Position numbers and translations under genes: made by a program
Notes under the pieces: model-generated
Told to the model about the DNA's origin: nothing
The model's input: only the letters and a program-made list of their open reading frames with translations
The model's database searches: none
DNA from: Eledone cirrhosa
Lineage: Eukaryota
Direction: 5' to 3'
Assembly (NCBI GenBank): GCA_964016885.1
Contig: OZ024744.1
Location: forward strand, 88,040,001 to 88,104,000
DNA: 64,000 bases
In this document: piece after piece, positions 39,174 through 58,184 of the stretch
Position numbering within the stretch: the stretch's first letter is position 1
Layout: each line of letters begins with the position of its first letter

Positions 39174-39731
39174 ATTATGAAGAGAGAAGAAACATTTAGA
39201 TATAATTAGTAATAAAATGTATCATACCTAAACTGTTCCTAAATTCCTCGACTACGTAGTTTCGTGGCATAAACAAAAACAATATATCAAAGATATAGAG
39301 TCCTTGCGAGGTCTGCCGACTCTGGTCGAGCAATCTTTGAAGTGTGGGGACAACTGGAAAGCTTCCATTACTCATACTTCTCGCCTTCTTCACTACCTCT
39401 TCTGCGGCCTCGATATGAATACCCCCTCCGCCTCCGTGGTATTTTCTTCGTGGTTATAAGAGGCTTAGCTCTGTTTCTCGACCGTTATATCGCGTGACTA
39501 TCTCCCCCTCCGCCTTCTGGGATTCTTTCTCACGTCGTGTAGACGCGTTCTTGAGACTAGTAAAATGAGGTATCCTCTTGATAAGTCGGCAGACCTCGCA
39601 AGGACTCTATATCTTTGATATATTGTTTTTGTTTATGCCACGAAACTACGTAGTCGAGGAATTTAGGAACAGTTTAGGTATGATACATTTTATTACTAAT
39701 TATATCTAAATGTTTCTTCTCTCTTCATAAT
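39174..39731 (+). mobile_element. PLE-type foldback element (family D): 148-bp perfect inverted arms, 39174-39321 and 39584-39731
   Basis: Inverted arms, hammerhead motif, (TA)n flank, no recognisable ORF. Confidence 0.78.
39573..39660 (+). ncRNA. Type I hammerhead ribozyme with U3-A8 covariant core and long stem II insert
   Basis: UCCUC-UUGAUAA-GU(C)GGCA...UGCCAC-GAA-ACUACGUAGU-C/GAGGA, with a GUC cleavage triplet. Confidence 0.75.
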
Positions 39732-39891
39732 GTATTTTTAACTCTGATACTGGTTCAGTCTGGTTCAAACTGAATTGGTCTGTCCCAGTCATTCATTGAG
39801 CAACATCGGTGAAGTAGGCACCCTTAACTCACAGTTGGGTGCGGATGCATTCATGTATATATGTGTGTCCCCGCATGTATCTGTGTGTTTT

Positions 39892-39963
<72 letters not shown>

Positions 39964-40324
39964 AAAAGAGTCAGGACCCCGACGGCTGAGCTCCGGCCGT
40001 TTCGACAGCTAGGTCCGAACCACTCTACTACCATAAATATTGAGCACTCTGGTGCGTTATTGTCCACGTGGCAACTTATAAAACCCTCTTTGTTCTTTGT
40101 TATATATACATAATACATATGTAAATATGTGAGGTCAAATCTTGGTCAAATACTTTAATTACCTTTTTAATTAATTACATCTAAATACAATTATATTCGA
40201 TGAAAATTTCAAATAGTAATATCTTTTTGGTGATTTCAATGTTTTCTTATTTAATTGTTTGTACTACATAATTAACAGATTAAAATCTTATTCAATTAAA
40301 ATAAGCAAAGAGATTCTTTTATTG

Positions 40325-40373
<49 letters not shown>

Positions 40374-40716
40374 AGAAAATGTTCGCTCTACATGGCTGAA
40401 TACAATAAATGTTTTTCGAATATTAATCACAACATTCGATTCGTTTGCAATTATGCAAACAAGCCTCAGTTTTATAGCCATGTCAGTAGAATGAACCATT
40501 CTTTCTTGCTCTTGTGTTGGCATGTGAACAAACCGCAGACACTAATGTTTCTGGGTATCACCGTTCATCAATACAGCTCACTGTTCACCTGCTAAACTGT
40601 CAGAGCTATTGAAAATATATGCTATTTTCAAAAATACACAGTGACTGACCGGCCTGATTTGCATATTAGCAGACTGGCTGATCAGTCAAATCAGCATATT
40701 AGCATATCCACTGATA

Positions 40717-40773
<57 letters not shown>

Positions 40774-40782
40774 GTTATTTTA

Positions 40783-40830
<48 letters not shown>

Positions 40831-40837
<7 letters not shown>

Positions 40838-41057
40838 TAAGAGATTAAAGTTTAAGCAAAGAATCGCTGCTTTCACCCTTAACGGGATCCCGTTAAGGGT
40901 GAAAGCAGCGATTCTTTGCTTAAACTTTAATCTGTTATTTTAATAAACATTTGCTCTACGTTTCTTATATTTGATATATATTTGATATATATTTGATATA
41001 TATTTATCCTTATCGAGCCCTCTTTGGATTTTAGTCTTCAAATTTATTATTATTACT
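40831..41057 (+). mobile_element. PLE family C mini-insertion forming a 114-bp spacerless palindrome (40831-40944) plus tail
   Basis: Symmetry axis at GGA|TCC (40887/40888) with one mismatch. The right arm and tail match 38208-38358. Confidence 0.85.
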
Positions 41058-41063
41058 TTATAT

Positions 41064-42030
<967 letters not shown>

Positions 42031-42560
42031 GTATGTGTGAGTTACATTTTAATACCCGAACACCCTACCAGGTCCGTGTCAACTGAAGATTGCCATCAGA
42101 TAAATGGTAGAACATATTTTGCTAAACTAAATCTGGATCACTTATTACGCCTCAAGCGTAACGTTACACGTGTTTCCGCACCCGATCATTCTCTCCGTAT
42201 TTGCATTTCCGTTTGTTTATTTTTTTTTCTTTTGCTTGTTTGTTTGTACGTTTCTTTTTTGTTTTGTTCACTCTTCACTTTATAGATATATATATTTGTT
42301 TTTTTCTTTGTTTATTTTAATTATTTGTTACACATTATCACAATATCTTATAATTATTATTTCGTATCATATCATTACACCCGTTATAGTTTTTTGTTTG
42401 CTATTTTTATTGTTTGCTTCTTTATTTGTTTATTTGTATTTGTTGTTGTTTATTTTGCTTTTGTTTTGTTTTTTTATGAGTGAAACAAAGTTTTAGGCAA
42501 ACCTCGTTCCGCTGTATTGACACAGAGAGAGATAAACATATAAAAAGATAGATAGATATA

Positions 42561-44150
42561 TTTCTTTATTAGCCACAAGGGCGCACAAGAAAAGGGGACA
42601 ATACAAAGACACATGCCGGGGATTTTACATACAATCGTGTAAAAATATTGAAACAAACAAATATAACAATCGAAATCTCCATTAGAGGGGAGGCGTCACA
42701 AATGGGTTGTTTAATACCCATCGATAGAACAACCCTCAACTCCAGGAGCGTGTTGTACAAGTGCCCCTTTCTTCCTTTTGCTCTCTTCTTCAACCTACAG
42801 CTTTATATACAAAGAAGGCCCAATCACTCGGGTCATTTTTTCCACATTCACCACCTTTCAGTAAATTTACTGGGATGCAGTGCCTCTCTCTCCACTCTCA
42901 TTCTCCTTCTAAAGTGATACCTAAAGAAGGGAATGAGTTGTTGTCCGGAGAGAAAGGTATCTGTCCTCAGTCCTCTCAATCTCGTCCACCATATAACTTC
43001 TTTCACCATAGCCACTATACAGAGGAAACCGCCTCTCTCAAGTTTTTCGACACCATTACTTTCACGTCGTCGGCATAAGACGTCGCTGCTTTTTTGCTGT
43101 CCCGGTTCCTGCAACAGCTCCAGCTTCCGCAGTATTGGCTCGGGAGTCAAAACGTACAGAATAGAGTAGAAAGAGCATCCCTGTCGGATGGATCGCGTGA
43201 TTGGGAACGGCTCCGATAGGTAGCCGTTCACCTTGACTGTCGAACAGATATTGGTATGCATGGCTGTGATCCAGCCTCTGAAGACGGGTCAGAAAACCGG
43301 CGCTTTGAGAACCGTTTAGACTGGTCTAAATTGATCAGAGCCCCACCGTATCCGGGTTTGCACCCCAACCTCTCTATGGTGTATAGCATGCGGTTGATGT
43401 TGTCGTGGATGGACCTGGTTGGAATTGCACACGTTTGAGCTTTTCCCACCAGGTTCTCGACGAGAAATGCTTGGCCAAAATCTTTAACTCAGTGTTTAGT
43501 AGAGTTATGGGCATGAAGTTACTTATCTCGTTCCCCTTATTCTTGTCTTTCCTGATCAGAGTTATTACGCCCCTGCCTACAGAGCTGGAAATTCTCCCGT
43601 TCTGCTGCCAGTTGCAGTAGACGGCTTCTAGGACGCCAGAGAACAAGTCCGGCACACCTATGTAAAACTAGAAGACCATCTAGACCGGGTGATTTGCATA
43701 TCCCGCAGCGGCCTAGAACGTCTTGTATCTCAGCGTCTGTGATCGGTCTTTCGCAGAACTTGGCGTCCATGCTCGAGAGACGTGGTAGGCCGTCGAGGGA
43801 TGAACTGGAGTACATTGCCTCGTTCGACGCACCGCTATGCTCGAACAGATGCGCAAAGTGCCGCTGAAAGGCCGTGCACATCAGGTTGGAATCAAATAGA
43901 ACGCGTCCGTTTTGGTCTTTCAAAGACCGAATCGTGGACTTGTTGCCACTTTTTTGCTTCTGCCACTCGGGCCCAGCTAACAGCTTTTGCTCCCTCGTTT
44001 CCTAGAGCACGTGATCTACTCCTGACAACACAGCCTTCGTCTTTCGCATCGCAGAACTGGTCCAGTGCCGTTCTCGTTTGTTAGCACTCTAGCTGCGTTG
44101 GCACTCCTAAACACCTCCTCTGTCTTGGCTACCAGATCCCTCCCACCGCT
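42561..44150 (-). mobile_element. Tx1/L1-like LINE, 5'-truncated and internally deleted, ending in AATAAA plus (ATCT)n
   Basis: KSPGLDGL, GVITLIRKDKNKG..PITLLNTELKILAK, ALINLDQSK, SIRQGC. Deletion near 43060. The 3' UTR matches 61531-61900. Confidence 0.88.
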
Positions 44151-45028
44151 TGCGACTGCTGGACTAGAAGACAGGCGAGAATATATATTCCCAAGCGGTG
44201 GGAGGGAACGTCCTGACGAAGGCCAGTTAAGCCTGAAATGCATAGACAGTTGTCCTCCTTGCTTCTGCTGGACATCACCAGAGGGCGTTAACCCCCCCCC
44301 CCCTCCCCCTGGTGTTTGCATAGCTACGGCTTCCTAAAACCGTATTTCTTTGGAGATACGAATTATTTATACATATTGTATAAAGCTATGCTTGAAGCGA
44401 AATCCTATTTCTTTTTTATTATAAGTTGAGCCAACTTATGCAGCTTCCTATTGAAATGAGATTAATCACCTCATTTACAGAGACGAGAAAAGTATATATT
44501 CTCGCCTGTCTTCTAGTCCAGCATGGATGTATGTCCTTAGATAAATATAACAGGTCCTTTCATGTTGACATCTCTTGCAAAACTGTTGGTGCTGGCGTTT
44601 TCGTCCAAGTGAGTTTGTTTCCTGATGATTTCGAAGCTCGGGAATTTATCCTTGATCGGATATTTCCAAAAGCGAATGAAATCCTAAGGGGTAGAAACGT
44701 AATCCTGGTATGTTTATATACAGTTTTTCGTCTAACTTTAATTTTATACCTAATTGCGTATGGTTGACGATATATTTAATCGATCTCCACGTGCTATTGA
44801 AATACTGGTTAAATATTCTATAGCTGTTGATCACGAATAGATGGCTGTCGTTTATCTATCCATCATTTCTTCATAGATGCCTTTTAATCTTATAGTCTAT
44901 TTTAATTGTTTTGTTTTTTTGTGTGGTTGATCATGTTAATTGGGAGAGGAAATGGTGTATATATCTTATCAAATTATTCTATGGACATATTTTATAATAT
45001 ATATATTTATATATATGAAGACCATACG

Positions 45029-45118
45029 CTACCAGTTTTAAAGTAGTGACTATGTCAGTTATTTCTTTTCTTTGGCGAAAAGAAATTAGTGACATAGTCA
45101 CTACTTTAAAACGGGTAG
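45029..45118. repeat. Near-perfect 90-bp hairpin
   Basis: ctacc.gttttaaagtagtgactatgtca..atttcttttc pairs with gaaaagaaat..tgacatagtcactactttaaaac.ggtag. Confidence 0.8.
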
Positions 45119-45218
45119 GTGTTCTAAATGTTTTTAATTAAGCATACGGTATATTGCCAAATTTATACATCATTTATACATTCATTTATACATCGCTATT
45201 TCAGAGGCGGCACCAATC

Positions 45219-45287
<69 letters not shown>

Positions 45288-45312
45288 TAATATATATATA
45301 TTTCATATAATA

Positions 45313-45353
<41 letters not shown>

Positions 45354-45383
45354 GAATAGAGGTGTAACACACAAGTTATTATA

Positions 45384-50298
<4,915 letters not shown>

Positions 50299-50444
50299 AT
50301 ATATATATATATATATCAATGATATCCGAGGCAATATTCTGCGGTTGTACTTTAGTTTCATTAATGTTCATCTTGTAAACATAATAACACACACATATAC
50401 ACAGTAAAAAACATTCACTGTGAACATGTCAGCAGAACTGTTAT

Positions 50445-50551
50445 TTATATATCTAAAACAGAGAATGTCTGTCTGTCTGTCAGCTCCTTAAAACTCGAGA
50501 ACCGCCCAACCGATTGTTTTCAAATTTTACAAATTGCATTACGACATTACG
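50445..50551 (+). mobile_element. Helitron-like 5' terminus fragment
   Basis: tatatatctaaaacagagaatgtctgtctgtctgtc resembles the 5' end of the 20855-24435 Helitron (tctatatataaaacagaagatgtctgtctg). Confidence 0.55.
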
Positions 50552-51379
50552 ACGGGGACGATAAAATAAAGTACCAGTAATGCACTGGGTATTTGCTGGA
50601 CGTTTGCCAAAAGTAGAAACAATTATTAATTTTATTTGTTTTCTTTTGTTTGTTTGTTTGTTTGTTTTTTGTATTTTGTAAATTAGCATAATGGAGGAGT
50701 GATATATTTTACTTTCCATATTGAAAACACAGCTCTTCCTTAATCTTTTTAAGGGAATAAAGAATAAAATATATCTTACAAAGTTTATTTTCATCGACTC
50801 TGCAAATTAGAAAACCAGTTACCATTATCGAAAAAAAAAAAACAGGTGAAATTGCTACCTCTCCACATTCACAGGTGTGACATATTTTCCATTGATTTAT
50901 TGCGTAATCATTAGGTATGGTAGAGCATGTGGCCTTTTTCAAGTTCTCTAAGATTGATTTGTGTGGAATGAGTGTTGGCCTGAATTATTTTTAACAAAGT
51001 GAATAACTCTATAGAAGCCTTTCGCTAAATAACTGTTTACCCAAGTCGTCTCCTTAACCTTTTCGAGCTTCATTTGAAGATGAAATTCAAGGCAAAGAGG
51101 GAAGCACGACTTTCTAAGAAATGTTCATTAAAGGTGAATGAGAGTGATGAGCATGTAGCAAATAAATGGACCTATTGTAAGTTAAGTATGCGCCTATTGA
51201 TGGGAGAAGGACAACTTGGATGGGGCCTGTGTCGCTAGTAAAAGAATTATATTGGTTTAATGGAGGGTAAAAACGACGACATTTTCAAAAGGACTATATA
51301 TATCGAGTCGAATAATATCAACTACACTCTCTTTTCCAGAGGGCTTTCAGTCCAGGTCCCATTGATAACTTGCATAAAT

Positions 51380-52110
51380 CCCTGTTCTGGCACTGCTACT
51401 GAGGAGCTTTGCCATTTCGAGATAAACTTTACAAGCATGGAAGTGCTGTCAGTCGGGCCTGTCCTAGATGCGCGCGCAGGACGACGAAACCGTCCCCCTG
51501 CACGCACTCATCCAGTATCCGAGTATTGCTGACTTGTGGGTTTACGTCGAACACCTGCTGTCGCTTGGGAGACGGATTCCAACTATCAACTCGGTCCATT
51601 CTGAAGAACACACCGTCGTCTTCCTTTAGAAAGGAAGGACAGGTAGTTTTTATTTGCCTGGTGGCCATGGCGAAAGAAGTCGTGTGGTGGATGTGCTTGA
51701 AAGGATTGAAGACAAGCGCTTTCTGTTTCGGCGAAGACCTGATTAACCTTTTTTAGGTTTCACCTGAAGAAAATAAATGAGGATGGAGAAAGAAATGCTG
51801 CCTTCCAAGCAGTTGGTTGAAAGGTGGGTGAGTGATGCTTCCTCTGAGTATGAGCCTAAAGATTGGAGGAGGCGAACTGAGAGTGGCCACTTGCCCTCGT
51901 AGTCAGGGTTTCAGCGGCTTTTGTGGGCTTTCCCTACGAGTGACCCTCGCAGGTAACTCCAGTTTTAGGGCATTTAAATTTTTTTTATGTTTATGTTTTT
52001 AGTCTTCGAAATAACCCTTTTTCTCACACAAAAAAAAACAACACACTGTATCGTCCTGTATCGACATTATTTACCTCTTACTGTTAACACTGTATGGCTA
52101 ATAAAGAGAA
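51380..52110 (+). mobile_element. Tx1/L1-like LINE 3' fragment (different subfamily)
   Basis: ALPFRDKLYKHG...CPRCA, FICLVAMAKEVVWW. Ends ggctaataaaga. Confidence 0.75.
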
Positions 52111-52124
52111 CATTATAATTATTT

Positions 52125-52545
52125 ATTAGCAGAATCGGTAGAGCGTCGGGAAAAATGCATTGTGGCACAGAGTTGCGGCCCTTTAGGTTTAAAGTTCAAA
52201 TCCCACCGAAGTTAGTTTTGCCTTTCATCCTTATGGGGTTGATAAAAGTACCAGTAATGCACTGGGGTCAATTTAATCGACATTTCCCTTTGCCCTTCAA
52301 ATTGCTGGCCTTGTGCCTAAATCAGAAACCATTGACAGTATCGGTAGAGGGTCGGACGCCATGCTTTGCAGCATAGGGTTACGGCCCTTTATGATCTGGG
52401 TTCAAATCCCACCGAGGTTAAGTTTGCCTTTCATCCTTACGGGGGTCGATAAAATAAAGTACCAGTAATGCACTGGGATCGATTTAAATCGAACTTTCCC
52501 TTTCCCCTTCAAATTGCTGTCCTTGTGCCTTAAGTAAAAACAATG
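52125..52545 (+). mobile_element. Two head-to-tail SINE copies
   Basis: SINE bodies at ~52125-52330 and ~52333-52545. Confidence 0.85.
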
Positions 52546-52840
52546 ATTATTGTTGTTGTTGTTGTTGTTGTTGTTGTTACTATGTCGCACCTCTGCCACA
52601 ATCAACACCATCAACATAAAACAATTACCCTCATCATTAAAACAATTATCATCACCATCACCATCACCATCACCACTACCATTACCATCTTCATCATTTT
52701 CCTCACTGTCATCATGGTCATCATAGCTATGTTTATCATCATCATCATCATCATCATCGCCATGATGATCATCATCATCGTTATGATCGTTATTACAGAC
52801 ATTATCAATAGCACCATAATCATCATCTTTATCATGGTGA

Positions 52841-53051
52841 AAGGCGGTGGATTGGCAGTATCGGTAGAGGGGTCGGACGCCATGCTTTGCAGCATAGAGT
52901 TACGGCCCTTGCCATTTCTGAGTTCAAATCCCGCCGGCCGAGGTTAACTTTACCTTTCATCCTTAAGGCGGGGTGGGGGTGGGGGTCTATAAAATAAAGT
53001 ACCAGTAATACACTGGTGTAATTGCTGGCCTTGTGCCAAACGTAGAAACAA
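52841..53051 (+). mobile_element. SINE with 12-bp TSD inside a (CAT)n region
   Basis: ttatcatggtga on both flanks. Confidence 0.85.
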
Positions 53052-53074
53052 TTATCATGGTGACTATCATAGCC

Positions 53075-53278
53075 ATAGTCATCATCATCATCATCATCAT
53101 TTTTATCATTAACATAATAATCTTCCGCCTCCTCTTCCTCCTCCCCCTCCTCCTTCTCCTCCTCATCATCATCATTATCATTAACATATTAATTTTCATC
53201 ATCATCACCATCATCACCACCGTCATCATCACCATCATCACCACCGTCATCATCATCATTATCATTAACATAATTATT

Positions 53279-53330
<52 letters not shown>

Positions 53331-53689
53331 CCATCATCATCAACATAATTATTATCATCATCATCACCATCACCATCATCACCACCATCATCATCATCAT
53401 CATTATCATTTTTATCATTAACATAATTATCCTCCTCCTCATCATCATCATCATCATTAACATAATTATTAACATCATCATCATCACCATCACCATCACC
53501 ATCACCATCACCATCATCACCATCACCATCATCATCATTAACATCATCATCATCCTCATCGTCATCATCATCATCATCATCATCATCAACATCATCATCA
53601 TCATCATCATCATCATCAACATCATCATCATCATCATCATCATCATCAACATCATCATCATCATCAACATCATCAACATCATCATCATC

Positions 53690-53721
<32 letters not shown>

Positions 53722-54087
53722 CAACATCATCATCATCATAATCATCATCAACATCATCATCATCATCAACATCATCATCATCATCAACATCATCATCATC
53801 ATCATCAACATCATCAACATCATCATCATCAACATCATCATCATCATCAACATCATCATCAACATCATCATCATCATCATCATCACCACCATCATCATCA
53901 TCATCATCAACATCAACATCATCATCATCATCACCATCATCATCATGATCAACATCATCATCATCATCATCACCATCATCAACATCATCATTATCATTTT
54001 TATCATTAACATAATTATCCTCCTCCTCCTCATCATCATCACCATCATCATCACTATCATCATCATCATCATCACCATCATCATCAA

Positions 54088-54118
<31 letters not shown>

Positions 54119-54120
54119 GT
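53075..54120. repeat. ~1-kb imperfect (CAT)n array with CAC/CAA/CCT variants
   Basis: Trinucleotide phase is kept throughout, with a recurring tttttatcattaacataat(a/t)atc motif. Confidence 0.95.
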
Positions 54121-54262
54121 TGTCTACATTACAATCATACAATGATGTAAAGCATCCTGTGGTTCCCACTTTTCTGTCGTTTCCCGTCCCCTTCATTAAA
54201 TACACGTTAAAATTATCAGAAACGTTCTCTGAACAATTTTTTTTTCTTTTTCCTTTTGGTAT

Positions 54263-54373
<111 letters not shown>

Positions 54374-54920
54374 TCTCTCTGAGGATAAATTCGAAAATAA
54401 CCACCTTGACGCAGTGGAACCACAAACAATACCTCACTGGGTGGTATTAACATTTTTAATTTCATGTTTTTTCGTGTTTGCGTCCCGTGCCGTACAAATT
54501 TATATTCTTTTAACTTTGTTCAATAACCAAGCTAAATATTTTCATATATTCTTTATTTATTTTATTTTATTTTATTTTATTTTATTTTATTTTATTTTAT
54601 TTTATTTTATTTTATTTTATTTTATTTTATTTTATTTTATTTTATTTTATTTTATTTTATTTCTCTCGTCGTTTTGGGTGCGTGTTTTTTTTTTGTTTTT
54701 TTTTGTTTTTTTGTTTTTTTTTGTTTTTTTTTTGTCAATATGTAATCTTTTTAATTATTCAACTAATTATAGCAAAACGTGGAAGAAATTATACCATTTA
54801 ATTTACTCTAGTCTGCAGCTAAGTTGCACAGTGATTAAGAAACAAAACAAAACGGATAAATAGTAAACAACACAAAAGAAGGCGGAGTAGAACAGAAATG
54901 GTTTTATATTAAATATATAT

Positions 54921-54952
<32 letters not shown>

Positions 54953-55104
54953 GGGGGGGGGTGTCTGTACCTTTGAGACACCATTTAAAATATGCATAAA
55001 AAACGTACATGCATACATATATACATACGTATATGCATACGTACATGCAAATATCTATGTATCTATCTATCTTTATGTATGTATACACACATAAACATAT
55101 ACAT

Positions 55105-55216
<112 letters not shown>

Positions 55217-55411
55217 GCCCATTTATTTCTGTATCTCCTTTGTGTTCCTGTCTCTATTTTTGAACTCCCGAAGAAGGGCTAAAGCCCGACACGTCAAACT
55301 TTCTTTCCTCTTTTCCATATCAAGCGTGAAATTAAGAAGACGTTTTATACATCAGTTTGTTGTCTCCTTGAATTACGTAATTGTGTTGTCTATGAAGGTA
55401 TATACGATATG

Positions 55412-55436
55412 TTTTATACATATTAGTAAAAGTCTG

Positions 55437-55475
<39 letters not shown>

Positions 55476-55762
55476 CTGTCTGTAATGTAATACAGCCAAA
55501 AGGTCGTATAATGGGGAAATACTTTAAAAGAAAGTTGACCCTAAAATGGGAATACAAATGGAATAAAACAAGATTCGCGTAAATCGGGACACGGGTTCCC
55601 GAGATATGGGGGTTCTTCCGAGTACCTTCATAAACAGAGAGAGAGAGAGAGAGAAATAGATGGGAAGAGATAGTGGTTGTGAGAGAGTAGATTGAAAGAG
55701 AACCATAGAGAGAGTACGAGAGGAGACAGAGAAGGAGAATGGAAGAGAGCTGGTGGTGTTAT

Positions 55763-55827
<65 letters not shown>

Positions 55828-55926
55828 ATATGTGTGTGTATATGTGTATGTGTGTGTGTCTATGACCAGTGTATATAGATCACAGACACCCACATATATA
55901 TATATACACACACATACACACACACG

Positions 55927-55963
<37 letters not shown>

Positions 55964-56138
55964 GTATGTATGTATGTATACACACAAACACATATATACA
56001 TACACACACGTATATATATATGGCCTTCCAGTTTCATTTCACATTATATACACGTCTGTGTATATTTTAATTATTTTAAAATGATTTTAAAAAAAATTTT
56101 GAAATGAACGTGACCCAACGGGTCACGGGTGGTCTAGT
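55412..56138 (+). mobile_element. Non-autonomous Helitron-like element
   Basis: 3' hairpin CGTGACCC-AAC-GGGTCACG followed by CTAG|T at 56135-56139. The 5' region has a (GCTT)n microsatellite after an AT-rich start; the 5' boundary is uncertain. Confidence 0.65.
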
Positions 56139-56501
56139 ATACATACAAAAATCAAGCTATGAATGTTTTACATAGCCTATAAAAATCTGTGACACGGGTT
56201 TCTGGTTTCATTCATCATATGGGACAGTTAATCACCTGCTACTGAAACTAGAACAATCTATCTAAAGGATTAAATGCTCATTTTCAAGGGTTTTGGGGGT
56301 AGAATTGCTCGATAGAGTGTAAAGCTTGAGGATTAGTAGGACACACCAGGTGGAGCTGCTGCTTTTCTGTATCAAGAGATTGGAGCTCTGATACTACAGA
56401 CATGTGGTTTGAGTGTCTCAGGAGGGAATCGCTACAGAGATTTTACAGGTAAAACCAGGGTCGATTTTTTTTTTAATCTCTTTCTCACTTCTTCTCTATC
56501 A

Positions 56502-56534
<33 letters not shown>

Positions 56535-56553
56535 CTTCTTACTTCCTCTCTAT

Positions 56554-56596
<43 letters not shown>

Positions 56597-56704
56597 TCTC
56601 AAGAAGTAATCGACTGTATTCAAACCAGGAGAGGAGATGGGTTCTGTATATTTTGTCATTACATTGTCCTTACAACTCCACCAGGAATTACAGGTCAAAG
56701 AAAA

Positions 56705-56960
56705 TTTAATGGCCTATTGGTAAGGGTGTTTGGCTTACAGCCATAATGGAATGAATGGTTTGTGCGTTGTGTTCTTGAGCAAAACACTTCATTTAATGTT
56801 GCTCCAGTATACTCAACTGAAAATGTGTACTTGCAATAGCTGGGAGTCTAACCTTGCGATGGACTAGCGTCCTGTCCTGGGTGTAGTTTTGTATTCTCAA
56901 TCTCTTAATTGGATAAGCACCAGCCTGATGAGCTTCCGGGCTCGAAACAGACTTTAGACT
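56705..56960 (+). mobile_element. Decayed SINE of a second family (CORE-like central domain)
   Basis: gtgttcttgagcaaaacactt...aaccttgcgatggactagcgtcctgtcc resembles widespread invertebrate SINE bodies (from recall). Confidence 0.55.
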
Positions 56961-57626
56961 TTCGATATATTGCGAGAGTGACGGCCTATAAGTTATCACC
57001 CCCGCCCCTCCAACCCCCCACTACCGTCTGTCTGCTCTGTCTCTTCGATGAGCATGTGCCGCCAAGAATAGGCTGCCTTATATATGCTAGCTGGTCGATT
57101 AGAGAAAGTGTTATCCCTAGGAAAAGCAAGATGACCACAACTGCTAGTGGCCTACTACGTCCATATAACAGCGAATAGGAAGAGTTTTAGAAAACCTAAA
57201 CCGCGAGGAATCCCCGTCGCTAAGATTCAAATCATCTGTGTACAGGGTGGGCTAGAATTTATGACTCATTTGTTAGTTATATTTCTTAACATGCTTCTTT
57301 TGTTGTTATTGTATTTTTTATTTATTTTATTTCTTAATATGCTTAGCAGGTTTCTTATATTTATATTTATATTTTTATTATCTTCCGTAAATAATCGAGT
57401 GAGTCAGGGATTCTGGCACAAGAAAGATACAGAGAGAGAGAGTGTGTGTGTGTGTTTGTGTGCGTGTATGTGTGTGTGAGAGAGTAAGAGAGGGGAGTGG
57501 GAGAAATATTTTTGTTTATCTCAATTGTCAGTTTATTGCCATTTTAAATACGTTCATTTGTTTTACATCTCTTTCTCTTTTTCCCTTTGTCTTGGTTTTT
57601 ATCTTACGCGTCTTCTCTCTGTCATT

Positions 57627-57664
<38 letters not shown>

Positions 57665-57754
57665 ACATACACACACACACACACACTCTCTCTCTCTCTC
57701 TCTCCCTTCTCTCCCCCTCTCTCTCTCTCTCTCTCTTTGCCTGTGTCAAACAAT

Positions 57755-57920
57755 AATTGTTTCTACTTTTGGCACAAGGCCAGCAATTACCCCATTGCAT
57801 TACTGGTGCTCTATTTTATCGACCCCCATAAGGATGAAAGGCAAAGTTAACCACGGCGGGATTTGAACTCATACCATAAAGGGCCGTAACTCTATGCTGC
57901 AAAGCATAGTGTCTGACGCT
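57755..57920 (-). mobile_element. tRNA-derived SINE
   Basis: Same family as 9442-9629. Confidence 0.85.
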
Positions 57921-58184
57921 TATGCTATATACGTATTAACATACATTAGCAAATACCCGCATTATGACGTCATCATTCGGATTTATATGCGTATAAATAT
58001 GTGTGTTGTGAAGTGTTTTTGTACGGGCGTGTATGTGCTTGATATATATGTATCTGACTTCTGTGTATGTAATTGGTTTTCTATATGTATATGTTCGTTT
58101 CCTCTTTTGCGTCTATCAAGAGTGAATTAGGAAACGCTTTGGGTGATATATGTGTATATGTACGTGTGAGCATACATTAAAGAG

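Noticed and set aside
39975-40010. Minus-strand GAAACGGC..GCCGTC, the 3' half of a hammerhead
   Set aside because: No CUGANGA box nearby; only a truncated half.
42078-42122. CTGAAGA-T-TGCCAT..ATGGTA-GAAC motif
   Set aside because: The GAAA box and cleavage region are degenerate, so it cannot be supported as a ribozyme.
53189-54205. 338-aa poly-Asp ORF resembling acidic biomineralisation proteins, plus poly-Met and poly-Ile ORFs
   Set aside because: Open frames are automatic in (CAT)n. There is no signal peptide or unique domain, and the tract is flanked by SINEs.
55268-55296. CCGAAGA-A-GGGC-TAAA-GCCC-GACA-CGTC, a probable relic PLE hammerhead
   Set aside because: Two core changes and no convincing stem I; at best a dead remnant.
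56925-56955. CTGATGA...GAAAC hammerhead-like string
   Set aside because: No stem III with an NUH triplet and no stem I partner; it lies in the 3' part of a SINE.
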